From Candidatus Bathyarchaeota archaeon (GTDB taxonomy: Archaea > Thermoproteota > Bathyarchaeia > Bathyarchaeales > Bathycorpusculaceae), in assembly GCA_963717465.1 (NCBI GenBank), contig OY970340.1, positions 2,176,001 to 2,240,000 on the forward strand: DNA of 64,000 nt. Reading direction: 5' to 3'. The first letter of the stretch is position 1. Every line of letters begins with the position of its first letter. This document shows positions 29,446 to 39,622 of the stretch, piece after piece. The position numbers and the translations under genes are program-made. The notes below the pieces were generated by a model, which searched no databases, was not told where the DNA came from, and saw only the letters and a list, made by a program, of their open reading frames with translations.

Positions 29446-30453
29446 ATGACAAATGCTCCAGAAAAAATAACGCCTTTGCATGAAATAAAGGTTACACCTA
29501 TCGCTGCTGAGAGTTTTGGTGTCAGATCAATGTGCACGCTTGTAGAAACTCCTGATTTAAAGGTGCTTTTGGACGCTGGCATGTCACTTTGCCCTTACAG
29601 ATTTAATCTGCTACCTCACCCAATAGAATTTAAAACCATAGAGAAGCTCCGAAAACGCATGGCAAAAGCTGCTGACAAAGCATCTGTAGTTACTATTAGT
29701 CATTATCATTTTGATCATCACACTCCATCATACGAAGACTGGTTAGTAAATTGGACCGAAGTTAATGAGACTGCACGGCAAATTTACCAAGATAAGCGAG
29801 TCTTACTTAAGAACCCTAAAGAAAAAATCAACGCTAGCCAAAGACAAAGAGCATGGCTTTTCCAAAAAACAGGCGGCAAATACGCAAAAAAACTTGAAGT
29901 TGCAGACGGAAAAACGTTCGTTTTCGGAAATACTTCCTTGAGATTTTCAACGCCAGTGTTTCATGGCCCAGAAGATTCTACGCTTGGTTGGGTTATAATG
30001 ACAACTGTAACTTTCAAGACTGAACGATTTTTATTCGCACCTGACATCCAAGGTCCAATGTCCAAGGTTACCTGTGAAGAGATAATTAAAATGAATCCAT
30101 CAATAATAATGCTTGGAGGCCCACCATTTTACCTTAAAGGTTTCAAAGTAGAGGATAAAAGTCTTAATTTGGGCTTAGAAAATTTAGCAAGCATAGCTGA
30201 AACCGTGCCAGTCACTATTCTTGAACATCATACTTTAAGAGATGAATTCTGGCAGGAAAAAGTAAAACGAGTTTATGATGTTGCCGCCAATGCTGGACAT
30301 AGCGTTTTAACTGCTGCAGAGTTTGCAGGTGAAAAAAACTTTTTTCTTGAATCTAGGCGAAAACAATTATTTAATGAAAATCCACCCTCTGAAAAATTCA
30401 TGCATTGGAGAAAAGCTTTAGACATTAAAAAAGTTTTGAAACCTCCGACATAA
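29446..30453 (+). CDS. Metallo-beta-lactamase fold protein (UPF0282-like)
   Basis: AAESFGVRSM, SHYHFDH, D.QGP, GGPP, EHH.LRD; start uncertain. Confidence 0.8.
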   Translation: MTNAPEKITPLHEIKVTPIAAESFGVRSMCTLVETPDLKVLLDAGMSLCPYRFNLLPHPIEFKTIEKLRKRMAKAADKASVVTISHYHFDHHTPSYEDWLVNWTEVNETARQIYQDKRVLLKNPKEKINASQRQRAWLFQKTGGKYAKKLEVADGKTFVFGNTSLRFSTPVFHGPEDSTLGWVIMTTVTFKTERFLFAPDIQGPMSKVTCEEIIKMNPSIIMLGGPPFYLKGFKVEDKSLNLGLENLASIAETVPVTILEHHTLRDEFWQEKVKRVYDVAANAGHSVLTAAEFAGEKNFFLESRRKQLFNENPPSEKFMHWRKALDIKKVLKPPT

Positions 30454-30805
30454 GAAAACTATAGTTAAGTCTTTCTTTTAATTAAATTAGCATACCAAAA
30501 GTGGCCTTCAGTATCAGTTTTTTAGAGTTATCGTTCGCTACACGAAAACTATCATGTCAAATATTTAATTTCTATGCTTTTTTTTCAGGTTTTTGTTTCT
30601 TTTCCTACGCACATTATCTATTATAAAGCTTGAGTATTTGTCTATTTGTTAAAGCTGTATTACTGGAGCTGACTTAGCTATTCGCAGATTACATAAGACG
30701 TTGCAGTATTTTGTTTTTTTATATGTATTTTTGATAATTAGGTTGCTTTCATAAGTTAGTTAAATATCCTGCGCTATTTGGAGATTGATTCGGAGGAAAA
30801 ATGAA

Positions 30806-30989
30806 GTGAAGCGACAGATTGCTGATAAAGGTAGAAAAGAATTAGAAGCAAAATTAGCAAATGTATTCATGGATAAAATTAGGTAATTTGTCAACAGAAT
30901 TGCAAGAAATATTGATAGATGACATGGTGACAGCATTCGAAAATAGATTAAAAGTGTTAAATCAGGCATCGAAAAAAGGTGCAATGTAA
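30806..30989 (+). CDS. Small helical protein (frameshift near 30885), not in ORF track
   Basis: GGAGG upstream; reads VKRQIADKGRKELEAKLANVF... then LSTELQEILIDDMVTAFENRLKVL after a 1-nt shift. Confidence 0.45.
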
Positions 30990-31077
30990 CCCATTGCATG
31001 GACAAAAATACTGATTAGTAATACATAAAAGCTTTATATAAAAACAGGAGAATGAAATAAAAAAAGAGGTCAATTGC

Positions 31078-31371
31078 ATGCGTCGTTCAAAACTTGAAAT
31101 GTATGTTGATATCTTGAAGGTATTAGCTCATAGAGGTCCATTAAAGTTAACCCATGTAATGTACAAGGCTAACGTTAACTGCAGTGTACTTAAGGAATAC
31201 TTAGATTTTCTTATTAAGCAGGGCTTAGTTGAAGAGCGTAATGTTGGTAAACGAAGAGTTGTTTATGCAGTTACTCAACGCGGCATCACTGTGCTTAAGT
31301 ACTTCAGAGAACTAAAGCAAGTACTTCCCATTGTTGAAGAAGCTAGAAACCAAGTACCAGTTCCTTACTAA
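31078..31371 (+). CDS. Winged-helix DNA-binding protein (HTH_45-like)
   Basis: MRRSKLE...DIL, THVMYKANVN, YLDFL...GL, Y.VT.RG. Confidence 0.85.
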   Translation: MRRSKLEMYVDILKVLAHRGPLKLTHVMYKANVNCSVLKEYLDFLIKQGLVEERNVGKRRVVYAVTQRGITVLKYFRELKQVLPIVEEARNQVPVPY

Positions 31372-31562
31372 TCGAATTTTTTTCCATATATAATCTACCT
31401 ATTGGTAGATTGATTAGCTTTACCTTTTAGTACAAAGGCATATGCGTAAATCTGATTTTATAAACAGTTTCTAAATAGTTATTTTTGTTTCGTAAGACTT
31501 AATAATCCCGTTTCATCGTAATTTGTACACAAGAAATACAGAACAGCACTCGGGGATATTCA

Positions 31563-31953
31563 TTGAGCAAAGAAGAAATACTAGGAAAAAAACCCTTAGC
31601 CATCCTAGAAAAAATAAAGGAAAACTTCGAAAGGCTAAATGAGAAAATGGAAGTAATGATCGAAATCCAGAGAAATTCAGGAACCCGAAAAGACAATCAA
31701 ATGTTACAAGACACATCACTTGATGTCATGACTTTATTAAATATGCCTGATCACCTTCGAAAGACCGCAATGACCATTTGCCGAAATGGCAGAGCGACAG
31801 CTGAAGAAATTTCTGAGCAAACGACTCGAGCTCGAGCAGTTGAAAGCGCGTATCTAAATCAATTAGTGATTATGGGTTATCTTAAAAAGGAAAGAAAAGG
31901 ACAGAAAGGCATACTTCTTCGTTGACAGGGACGCCCAAGAGGGAGAAAAATGA
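31563..31953 (+). CDS. Coiled-coil + winged-helix protein (frameshift near 31900; corrected stop overlaps the parA start)
   Basis: LL.MPDHLRKT, ATAEEIS..T.RARAVESAYLNQL; shifted frame ends RKAYFFVDRDAQEGEK* in an ATGA overlap at 31950-31953. Confidence 0.75.
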
Positions 31954-32729
31954 GCAAAATACTAGCTGTTCATTCATACAAAGGTGGAACAGGAAAAACT
32001 CTATTATCAGTAAACTTAGCTGCTACATTTGCAAAGCAAGGGAAAAAAGTTTGCGTTTTTGACTTAGATTTTAGAGCACCAAGCTTATTTTCTATCCTGA
32101 AAGTTGAGAATGCTGAATGCTGGTTTAACGATTATTTAAACAACACCTGCAACATTAACAAGACACTTATCGACCTGAGCAGCCGCATCCCGGGAGGAGG
32201 CCAATTCTTTACCGCACTAGCTAATCCTGCAACTGAAGCAATCCGAGATATGTCAGCAAAAGATCGAAAATGGGAAATGCGAGCGTTGGGACGTTTGTTA
32301 TCCCTTAGAAACTCACTATTAAACGAACAACATTTCGACTACTTAGTGTTTGATACAAGCCCTGGTTTACAATACTCATCAATAAACGCATTAGTGGCAG
32401 CCGACTTCGTAATTGTGGCAACAACAGGTGATAGATCAGACGTTGATGGAACAAAACGCATGCTACGCGAATTATACAACTTGTTCGAAAAGAAAACAGG
32501 CTTAGTCTTCAACAAAGTTCTAGACGCATCCTCAAAAGCCAAAAGAGATGAAATGAATTTGAAAGTCAAAGAAGTCTACCAGGTGCCCTTACTCGGGATG
32601 GTACCATGTTTCTGCGAAGTCTTGCGCGCTGAAGGAAACTTTATCTTTCCACAAGACAAACCTGACCACCCATTCACGAAGATTCTGGATGAAATTGCTA
32701 AAAAAATCGAAAACAACGATGTAAACTAA
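31950..32729 (+). CDS. ParA/MinD family ATPase
   Basis: Deviant Walker A KGGTGKT, DLDFRAP, FDTSPG, NKV. Confidence 0.88.
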   Translation: MSKILAVHSYKGGTGKTLLSVNLAATFAKQGKKVCVFDLDFRAPSLFSILKVENAECWFNDYLNNTCNINKTLIDLSSRIPGGGQFFTALANPATEAIRDMSAKDRKWEMRALGRLLSLRNSLLNEQHFDYLVFDTSPGLQYSSINALVAADFVIVATTGDRSDVDGTKRMLRELYNLFEKKTGLVFNKVLDASSKAKRDEMNLKVKEVYQVPLLGMVPCFCEVLRAEGNFIFPQDKPDHPFTKILDEIAKKIENNDVN

Positions 32730-32755
32730 GCTTCTCCTAAGATTTCCGATTTTTT

Positions 32756-32780
32756 GTATACAAAAGCATCAACGAAACAC
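32756..32780 (+). repeat. 25-bp dispersed box, copy 1 (GTATACAAAAGCATCAACGAAACAC)
   Basis: Starts 27 bp after the parA/minD stop; matches four other intergenic copies. Confidence 0.85.
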
Positions 32781-32800
32781 ACAAAAACTTAAGAACTCTC

Positions 32801-33451
32801 TTGAAACTAAGAATTTCAGGAATGTTCGTGGAAAAATCAGCAATCATTATAACAAGCGGAACATCAAACAGCATTAGTCAAGACGGCCTGCTAGAACTCC
32901 ATCATAAACCTCTAATTAATCATGTTTACGACGCAATTAAAACCCTTGTTGACGAAATAGTAATAGTCACAAAATCTAATGAAATAATAAAGAATTACAA
33001 GAAAAAAATACCAATAACAGCAAAGTTTGCAGTAAATGAATTCGACTCAAAAGGATTGTTAACTGATGCATTAACTGGTTTTAAAGCAGCACAAGGCAAG
33101 TATTCCTTACTTTTGTCTTATGATACGCCATTTGTTTCAAAAAAGGTTATCTCGCTACTTTTTGATTGCTGCATAGGTAAAACCGTGGCAATCCCCCGCT
33201 GGTCAATCGATAAAACCGAGCCATTACAAGCGGTGTACCAAACTAAACTGGTTCTTGAAGCCACAAATGAAGCTTTTGAGGCAGGAGAAACCGAATTAGA
33301 CGTAATAGTTGAACGACTCCGCGGCGTACGTTACATTTCCTCGCTCGTATTTGAGCAAATAGATCCGGAAATGCGCACGTTCTTTCGCATCAATACTCCG
33401 CAAGCTTTGAAAAAGGCCGAGTTAATGCTTACAAAGAAAAGTAAAAACTAA
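32801..33451 (+). CDS. mobA: Molybdenum cofactor guanylyltransferase-like protein
   Basis: KPLI.HV, DTPF, EPLQAVY, FF.INTP; N-terminal GG..RMG motif degenerate. Confidence 0.7.
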   Translation: MKLRISGMFVEKSAIIITSGTSNSISQDGLLELHHKPLINHVYDAIKTLVDEIVIVTKSNEIIKNYKKKIPITAKFAVNEFDSKGLLTDALTGFKAAQGKYSLLLSYDTPFVSKKVISLLFDCCIGKTVAIPRWSIDKTEPLQAVYQTKLVLEATNEAFEAGETELDVIVERLRGVRYISSLVFEQIDPEMRTFFRINTPQALKKAELMLTKKSKN

Positions 33452-34125
33452 CTAAGAACAGTACCAAACGAACCTTGTTAGTCTATTTCTGAATCATTGA
33501 GTACTTCTCGTTACCTAACTTAATTGAAAAGCCTGATCCTATTTTTCGAATAGTAACGAACCTTATATAACCATTCAGACCGTTTTTTGAAAGCCAAAAA
33601 AATGCTTGAAAAACCAGTCAATTTTTAAATCGTTAAGTCTTATTTGACCAGGCGGCTAATATTACGCCTGTGTTTTGCTTGAAATCATCTTATTTGCTAT
33701 GAAATGACCAACTTTCTAGATCTGATTAGTGAAATTGCTGCTTTCGGCTTTTTTTCTCTATTCTCTTTTAAGGACTTACGTGTTTATTCTATTAAGAGCT
33801 AGTAAAATCGCTCTCAAAGCGCTTTTGAAAAGCTTTTTAATTTTTGTGCGTTCCGAAAATTTGTCGAATAGACATTTTTTACAGCTTTAATGTAAATATT
33901 AATAATATACGAATGCTATAAATACATTAATTTTTAAATAATGGCTTCAATTCTGATTTAAAAGATCGGCAATTTACGAAGTGCACAGATTTTCAAAGAA
34001 ATTGACTTTGTAGTCTGTAATGCAAATGAAATGATTGGAAACGTATTTCAATATGTAGCTGCGAAATATTTTTGTTTAGTGAAACGATGAGAGGCAGTAT
34101 CTTGCTTAGAAGAGAAGTTAAGAGG

Positions 34126-34150
34126 GTGTTTTGGCGATGCTTTTGTATAC
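34126..34150 (-). repeat. 25-bp dispersed box, copy 2 (GTATACAAAAGCATCGCCAAAACAC)
   Basis: 3 mismatches to copy 1, inverted orientation. Confidence 0.85.
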
Positions 34151-34220
34151 CAATAAAGCAGAGTTTTGCTCTTAACATTGATTTTTCAGTTTATTTTAAA
34201 TGTTTTAGCTTATTTTATAG

Positions 34221-34928
34221 GTGTGCTCATTGAATTTTGAGGTAAATTTGTTAACTTCAGTATTAAAATTAACCCAATCACAGAATGCTTTAATTAAAGA
34301 TGTTAAAAATGACTCGAAACTTCCCGTAAGCACTACAATGATATTGCTTGAAAAGTTGCAAAGTGAGGAAACTGTTTATATTGAAGGTGAAAGTGTTAAA
34401 ATAGATTCTAAGAATCGTCTCAAATTGGCAATTAAAGCGGTTTCCTTAGGCGCTGACATAGAGCGAATTAGCAAGCTGCTATCTTGGATTGAATTTGAAG
34501 ATATGGCTGTAATGGCTTTGGAGAACAATCATTTTTCAGTAGAGAAGAATGTTCGTTTTAAAAGTTCTGATCGCAGATGGGAAATCGATGCAGTTGGCTG
34601 CAAGAAACCCCTTGTCATTTGCATAGACTGCAAACATTGGCAACGCGCGATTTCTCCCTCTGTTAAGGCTCGAATCGTTAATGCCCAGACCAGCCGTGCT
34701 AAAGCTTTGTCTGAAGCTTCCCCAAACGCCTCTATCAAATTAGACTACCAAAAATGGACCTGTGCCAAGTTCATGCCTGCCGTACTATCTCTTATTCCAA
34801 GCAATTCCAAGTTTTATAATAACGTACCCATTGTTCCAATACTGCAATTTCAAGATTTCCTTGATCAACTGCCTGCTTACGTAGACATGCTAAAAATATT
34901 CTACAAAACTTTTAGCCACTTGGGGTGA
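34221..34928 (+). CDS. PD-(D/E)XK restriction endonuclease-like protein (Mrr-like) with N-terminal helical domain
   Basis: W.EFE, RWEIDAVG, IDCKHW. Confidence 0.7.
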   Translation: MCSLNFEVNLLTSVLKLTQSQNALIKDVKNDSKLPVSTTMILLEKLQSEETVYIEGESVKIDSKNRLKLAIKAVSLGADIERISKLLSWIEFEDMAVMALENNHFSVEKNVRFKSSDRRWEIDAVGCKKPLVICIDCKHWQRAISPSVKARIVNAQTSRAKALSEASPNASIKLDYQKWTCAKFMPAVLSLIPSNSKFYNNVPIVPILQFQDFLDQLPAYVDMLKIFYKTFSHLG

Positions 34929-35046
34929 TCTTATTTTTTCTTAGAATTCTCCTGTAACTATAGAATCTCTTGTAAGTATCGAGTAGATAGAAGCTGCAAA
35001 GAAAAATTGTCTCCGTTGTCAAGCATAGGGAGTCTAGTAATAACTT

Positions 35047-36057
35047 TAGAAGTGTACACAATTAATTTTTTATCCTTTGAGTGCTAAATTAACTGTTGAG
35101 CAGGGCTGGGCTGGTACACTTAAACACTATTGGTTAGTATCTTAATGACAAAGGTGCCTAAAACCGTCAAATATTGTGTCAAACCCAGTACTTACTCACA
35201 GTTTTCAAGCTTTCTTCGCCAGCGATAAGCGCCCTTATCGTTTCAGCATCAAAACTTATCAAGCCAGCAATAACCATAGCCGCCTTCTTGACTAAGCCTC
35301 TTGGCCTAACCCAGCATTCATCCAAAACATTATCCTTGATATGCCCATTGAACTGCTTGAGAACATAACGTTTCTTCCTCAGAAGCATTCCAGATTCAAT
35401 TTTACAGCTTTTTCCGTTCTTGCGAGGATTATCAGCGATGACTGGCACTGCACCCATATCCCTGACAGCGTTAATATTACGCTTAGAGCAGTAGCCTGCA
35501 TCAGCCAAGACGTAATCAGCCTTCAAATCCCAAATCAACAGTGGAAGAAACGATCCATCATAACGATTGGTCGGCGTGACTAATGCTCGCAGTGGCAGTC
35601 CAAGCTGATTTACGGCGGCATGAAGTTTAAGGCCTTTGAACCTTCCTATGCCAGTGTGACCCCATCTTGCCTCCATATCATAGAGGTCAACGAGCGGCGT
35701 TGAATCAACGATGACAGCCTTTGTTGGCTCAATGAGCATGCATATCTGCAATGTTCACGAAAGTCTCCTCTAGAATGCTTAGGTAGCGCCTCCACTACCT
35801 TCCAATGGTGGTTCTATCTGGCATTTTGCATAATCCAAGCTTTCTTAACCGCAAAAAAATGCTTTTTCAAGTGCTCAACCAACCGCGTATCATTATCTAA
35901 TCCTTTCAATAGTGCTCTCACATACCCAAAACCAGGATTGCCAGCCTCTTTCGCTCAGCCGGAACTATCGCTTTATTGACTAAAAGCCTGACAAGCTTAC
36001 AGGCTTCCATAAAGACAAAAAAGCGCTAACTAGATTTTAAAATTATGCACACCTCTT
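35047..36057 (-). mobile_element. Degenerate DDE insertion sequence (~1 kb, IS4/IS5-like)
   Basis: Imperfect TIRs AGAAGTGTACACAATT (35048-35063) / AATTATGCACACCTCT (36041-36056), 13/16 match; flanking direct repeat ATAACTT at 35040-35046 and 36058-36064. Confidence 0.6.
35179..36010 (-). pseudogene. DDE transposase, frameshifted
   Basis: VDSTP, D.EARWG, G.KLH, ADAGY; the third catalytic Glu position reads RYVLKQFN; N-terminus broken across frames. Confidence 0.75.
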
Positions 36058-36246
36058 ATAACTTAATTAAGAATCAAAAAGCACTAACTGATAATCTGAT
36101 TGCTTTTTCGATAAATGATTTATTTTAAGAAATTAGGTTGAAATACTTATGATTTGAGCTAGCAAGTATGCAATTCAGTGACCATTTTTTTTAGTTAAGG
36201 ACCTGCGGGGTTAAAAAGTCGTTTTCCTTTAAGTTTTAGGGGAGTT

Positions 36247-36696
36247 TTAGGGGTAGCATGTTTCTATGTTTAGGTTTCCTCGGTCACGTTTGAGAATTCT
36301 GATTTTTTCTGGAATCTTATTCTTTTCCCAGTCTGTCCAACTAATTTCTTTAAACAGCCATCTTTTGCCTAGATGCGCTGCGACAACAGCATGTTTGTAC
36401 TTGTTGTCCGTTGGAATGAATTCATTTAAGAATCTGAAGAGTTTGTTTATTTGTTGGTTTGGGAAATATGCGTAATAAGTTACATTTTTAACTTCAAAAG
36501 CGTAGCTGTGCAATCCTTTGCGGGCAATGATGTCAGGCAATGGGTTGAGACTTGGATTGCTGACCGGTACTCGGACTGCGTTGTAACCTTTTTTCTGAAG
36601 AAGCTTTACGAGAACCGCTTCGCTATAGAAGCCTCTTTTGCGCCATCGGCGCAGTCTGACTTGGTCAAAGTCTTTACTCATAACATTGTGCTCCAA
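36247..36696 (-). CDS. hjc: Holliday junction resolvase Hjc-like nuclease
   Basis: G..SE..LV..L...GY.AVRVP.S, PDIIA, FEVK. Confidence 0.7.
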   Translation of the reverse strand: MEHNVMSKDFDQVRLRRWRKRGFYSEAVLVKLLQKKGYNAVRVPVSNPSLNPLPDIIARKGLHSYAFEVKNVTYYAYFPNQQINKLFRFLNEFIPTDNKYKHAVVAAHLGKRWLFKEISWTDWEKNKIPEKIRILKRDRGNLNIETCYP

Positions 36697-36752
36697 TCAA
36701 ATTTGTTAGCATGAATTGAAATAAAAACTATTGTAAAAAAAGCCTCTGAACA

Positions 36753-36777
36753 GTGTTGCGTTGATGCTTTTGTATTC
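36753..36777 (-). repeat. 25-bp dispersed box, copy 3 (GAATACAAAAGCATCAACGCAACAC)
   Basis: 2 mismatches to copy 1; left edge of the 2-kb ORF-free tract. Confidence 0.85.
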
Positions 36778-37030
36778 AAATTTCAGCTGAGCAAGTCACT
36801 GGTGAAGTTAGGTGATGGAAAGCGCATTAGGTAATATCTACATAACTGAGCACACAAAAGTGGATAGATACTTCCATAACAGACACCAAATAATAGAGCC
36901 TTAGCCTACTCTAAGTGCTAATAAACTTTGCAAACGCTTGAAAATATCGATAAAAACAGCTTTTTCCCGAGCACTAAATATGGCCAATTGCCTGGTGAAG
37001 CAGGTCATGACATTGTTTGTTCGCCAAGTT

Positions 37031-37056
37031 GTATACGAAAGCATCGTCAAAGTCAC
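37031..37056 (+). repeat. Dispersed box, copy 4 (GTATACGAAAGCATCGTCAAAGTCAC)
   Basis: 14/15 match in the core; tail more divergent, with a 1-nt insertion. Confidence 0.7.
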
Positions 37057-38618
37057 AATTCAATTATAACTTTGCCTGCTGCTCCTAGGAAAACTTTGTA
37101 GTTAGCGGCAATTAAAGTGGCCAGCAGATCGCACTCACAGTGCATTACTCATCAGTTTGAGTGTGTCGAAAAAATATTTTCATCAGTTCACTAACGACAA
37201 AGATGCAATTTAAAGAAGCAAAGTTTGCACTAAACACTTAAGTGCATCAAAAAGCAGTCGAAAACCTCGAAGTACTTTCGAAAAATCAGGTCAGAGCTTC
37301 GAATGGAGATTTTCGGAGGTACTTATATGAGGCCACGATTATCTCCATGCCTTGTCTCTAGGCAAAGCACTAAAACGGCTAAATTGGGCCCATTTTGGCA
37401 TTTTACTCCCGAATCAAGCAGTTTAAATGTCAGCTTTGGTTCAAAAAACTAGGCGAGTTTTTAGGTGCAACCATTCGGATAAAAACAGGCTTAATGGAGC
37501 CTATTTATTCAAAAATATGACTAAAAACTGGATGTTTTGTCAAAAATGACTTAACTATAAACCGTAACATTCAGGTATTAAAATTACGCATTTTCTTTAA
37601 TTTTACATTAAGGAATCTTAATCCTAAAGTAGGTTGCAGTGAAGGCTAAGGTAAGGCTTTCCGCCGCTAGGGTGAGAACGCAAGATAAGACGCCTAAAAA
37701 TGGGATCTCTTCGAAACCTCAATGCCACAATTCAGAGCAGCGTTCTCAAATCACCCAAAAATGCTCCTAAGACAAAGATCACCAACCACGTTACACCTTG
37801 TAGAATAAACACCCAAAAGAAGAAAGATTGAGCTATCGAAAACGCAAATAAAAGCGTTGAAAAAGGTTTGGCTCATTTGAACAAGTCTTCGGGTTTGAGA
37901 GACCCTGTTGAAGGGCAGCATGGGAGTTTCACAGATATACTTTCAGAAGCAGATTCAGTATATCTCTGAGTACGTAGCCTGCGCGAAAGCAGTGCTAAGT
38001 TGCTTTGGCGGCAATTAAGAAGATCGCATTGTACATTTCAAAATCCAAACTCTGTGAAGATGGAGACAACCGTCAAAGTCATTAGCCGCAATTTTAGATT
38101 TAACGACAGATATGTTTGCTTATTATTGAAAGTGTAATTAATTACAATTCCTCCTCAACAACCGCTTGTCGTCTGAATTACCTTTCTTATTTGTGAAGCT
38201 ATCCTGCAGTTAACCTCCTCTCATTTTATCGAGGAGCACTTATGTTTGACCGTTTGCATCTTCGAAAAACGATTATTTAACGCTTTAACTGTTTTTACCG
38301 GCATTAGCATAAATGGCACCAAAACGGAAAACCGGTTGAAAAGCATATGTGACTTAAGTAAGGAAATCGATTCACCTATCATCAATTACTTAACAGTTTA
38401 ATCGCAGATCGCTCGGATAAGGATTAGGGAATAATTGAAAAGTCAGTGTAATACACGCTGGAAAGTTTAGGAGACTTCACTGTTGCTTGCGAGAAAATTA
38501 CGAGTTAAATGACGACTCAAGTAAGTTCTTAGGAGCTGTTTAGCAATCCAAAAAATAATGTGTATTTAATTTTAAAGTGATGAGTTTGTGCTTCAAAGAT
38601 ATGCTTTGTTTATTCACG

Positions 38619-38643
38619 GTATACAAAAGCATCAACAAAACAA
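38619..38643 (+). repeat. 25-bp dispersed box, copy 5 (GTATACAAAAGCATCAACAAAACAA)
   Basis: 2 mismatches to copy 1; right edge of the ORF-free tract. Confidence 0.85.
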
Positions 38644-38713
38644 AATTTCATTGTTCTTAGAAATCTTTTTCAACTTTGCCTATTACTTGTTATGTGTTTG
38701 AAGGGTTATAGCT

Positions 38714-39130
38714 ATGTCTTCTTTTAGAGTTATGAATAAGAAAATTAATTTTGATACGCAGGGTGAAATTGATTTTGTTGATTTGTCTGATCGTGTTCGA
38801 GAAGCGATTGTTGAGTCAGACGTTAGTAATGGAATAGTTCATGTTTTTGCTCCTCACGCGACGGGCATTCTTATTTTAACCGAAAATGATGATGCTTTGT
38901 TAAGCGATATCAAGAATTTTCTTGAAGGCTTGGCGCCGAAACATAAGTCATATCAGCATCCGTCTAACGCGCATGCTCATTTGCGTTCCATACTTTTTCC
39001 GCCTGATAAAACTCTGCCTATTATAAATGGTAGAGTCGAATTGGGCACTTGGCAGTCTTTAATTTTTGTGGAAACAGATGTTTATCCCAGGCGACGAACT
39101 GTAATTATCCAAGTAATCGGCGAAAAATAA
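38714..39130 (+). CDS. yjbQ: YjbQ / UPF0047 family protein
   Basis: PHAT, NAHAHLRS, LGTWQ. Confidence 0.9.
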   Translation: MSSFRVMNKKINFDTQGEIDFVDLSDRVREAIVESDVSNGIVHVFAPHATGILILTENDDALLSDIKNFLEGLAPKHKSYQHPSNAHAHLRSILFPPDKTLPIINGRVELGTWQSLIFVETDVYPRRRTVIIQVIGEK

Positions 39131-39622
39131 TTTTCTTTTTATGATACTACTTTCAAGATCAGCTGAGTCTCTAATTTTGAATTTTAAGTTTATTCACTTT
39201 TAAAGCCTTCAAACTTCTATGACTTTCAAATTCAGTTCAGTTCTTTTGGCTTTGTTTCGTTTTTTCTTTTACTTTTATTCGTTTCGCGTATCGCGAAAAT
39301 TGATCAAGAGGGGCATTTTTTAAATATATCTGTAACTTTTCTTGATAATAGGCTATAGCTATTTAACAATTTAATGTAAATAATGTATGTTCGAATAAAT
39401 TTCGAAACTCCCTAAGGGAAAGAACTAACTGAAAGAGATTGAATTGAAGAGCGACTATCGCTAAAAAAGGCCGTAAATACCCATTTAATAACCGCCGGCA
39501 TGTCAATTTGACATGCAAAAACTCAATTGTCGACCCAATTAGAGCGAAAGACCAAGTTATTTGTAAGTTTTTAGCTTTAAAATCCATGATTATATATAAT
39601 TCGTTGTATTTCGAATAAAAAC

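Noticed and set aside
37900..37940. GAAACTCCC on the minus strand as RNase P RNA
   Set aside because: Other conserved P4 elements not found by eye; an Rfam scan would settle it
32756..38643. 25-bp boxes as CRISPR repeats, IS ends or canonical ORBs
   Set aside because: Spacing is irregular and orientation mixed; the IS has its own separate TIRs; no TCCA..GAAA/G-string ORB core
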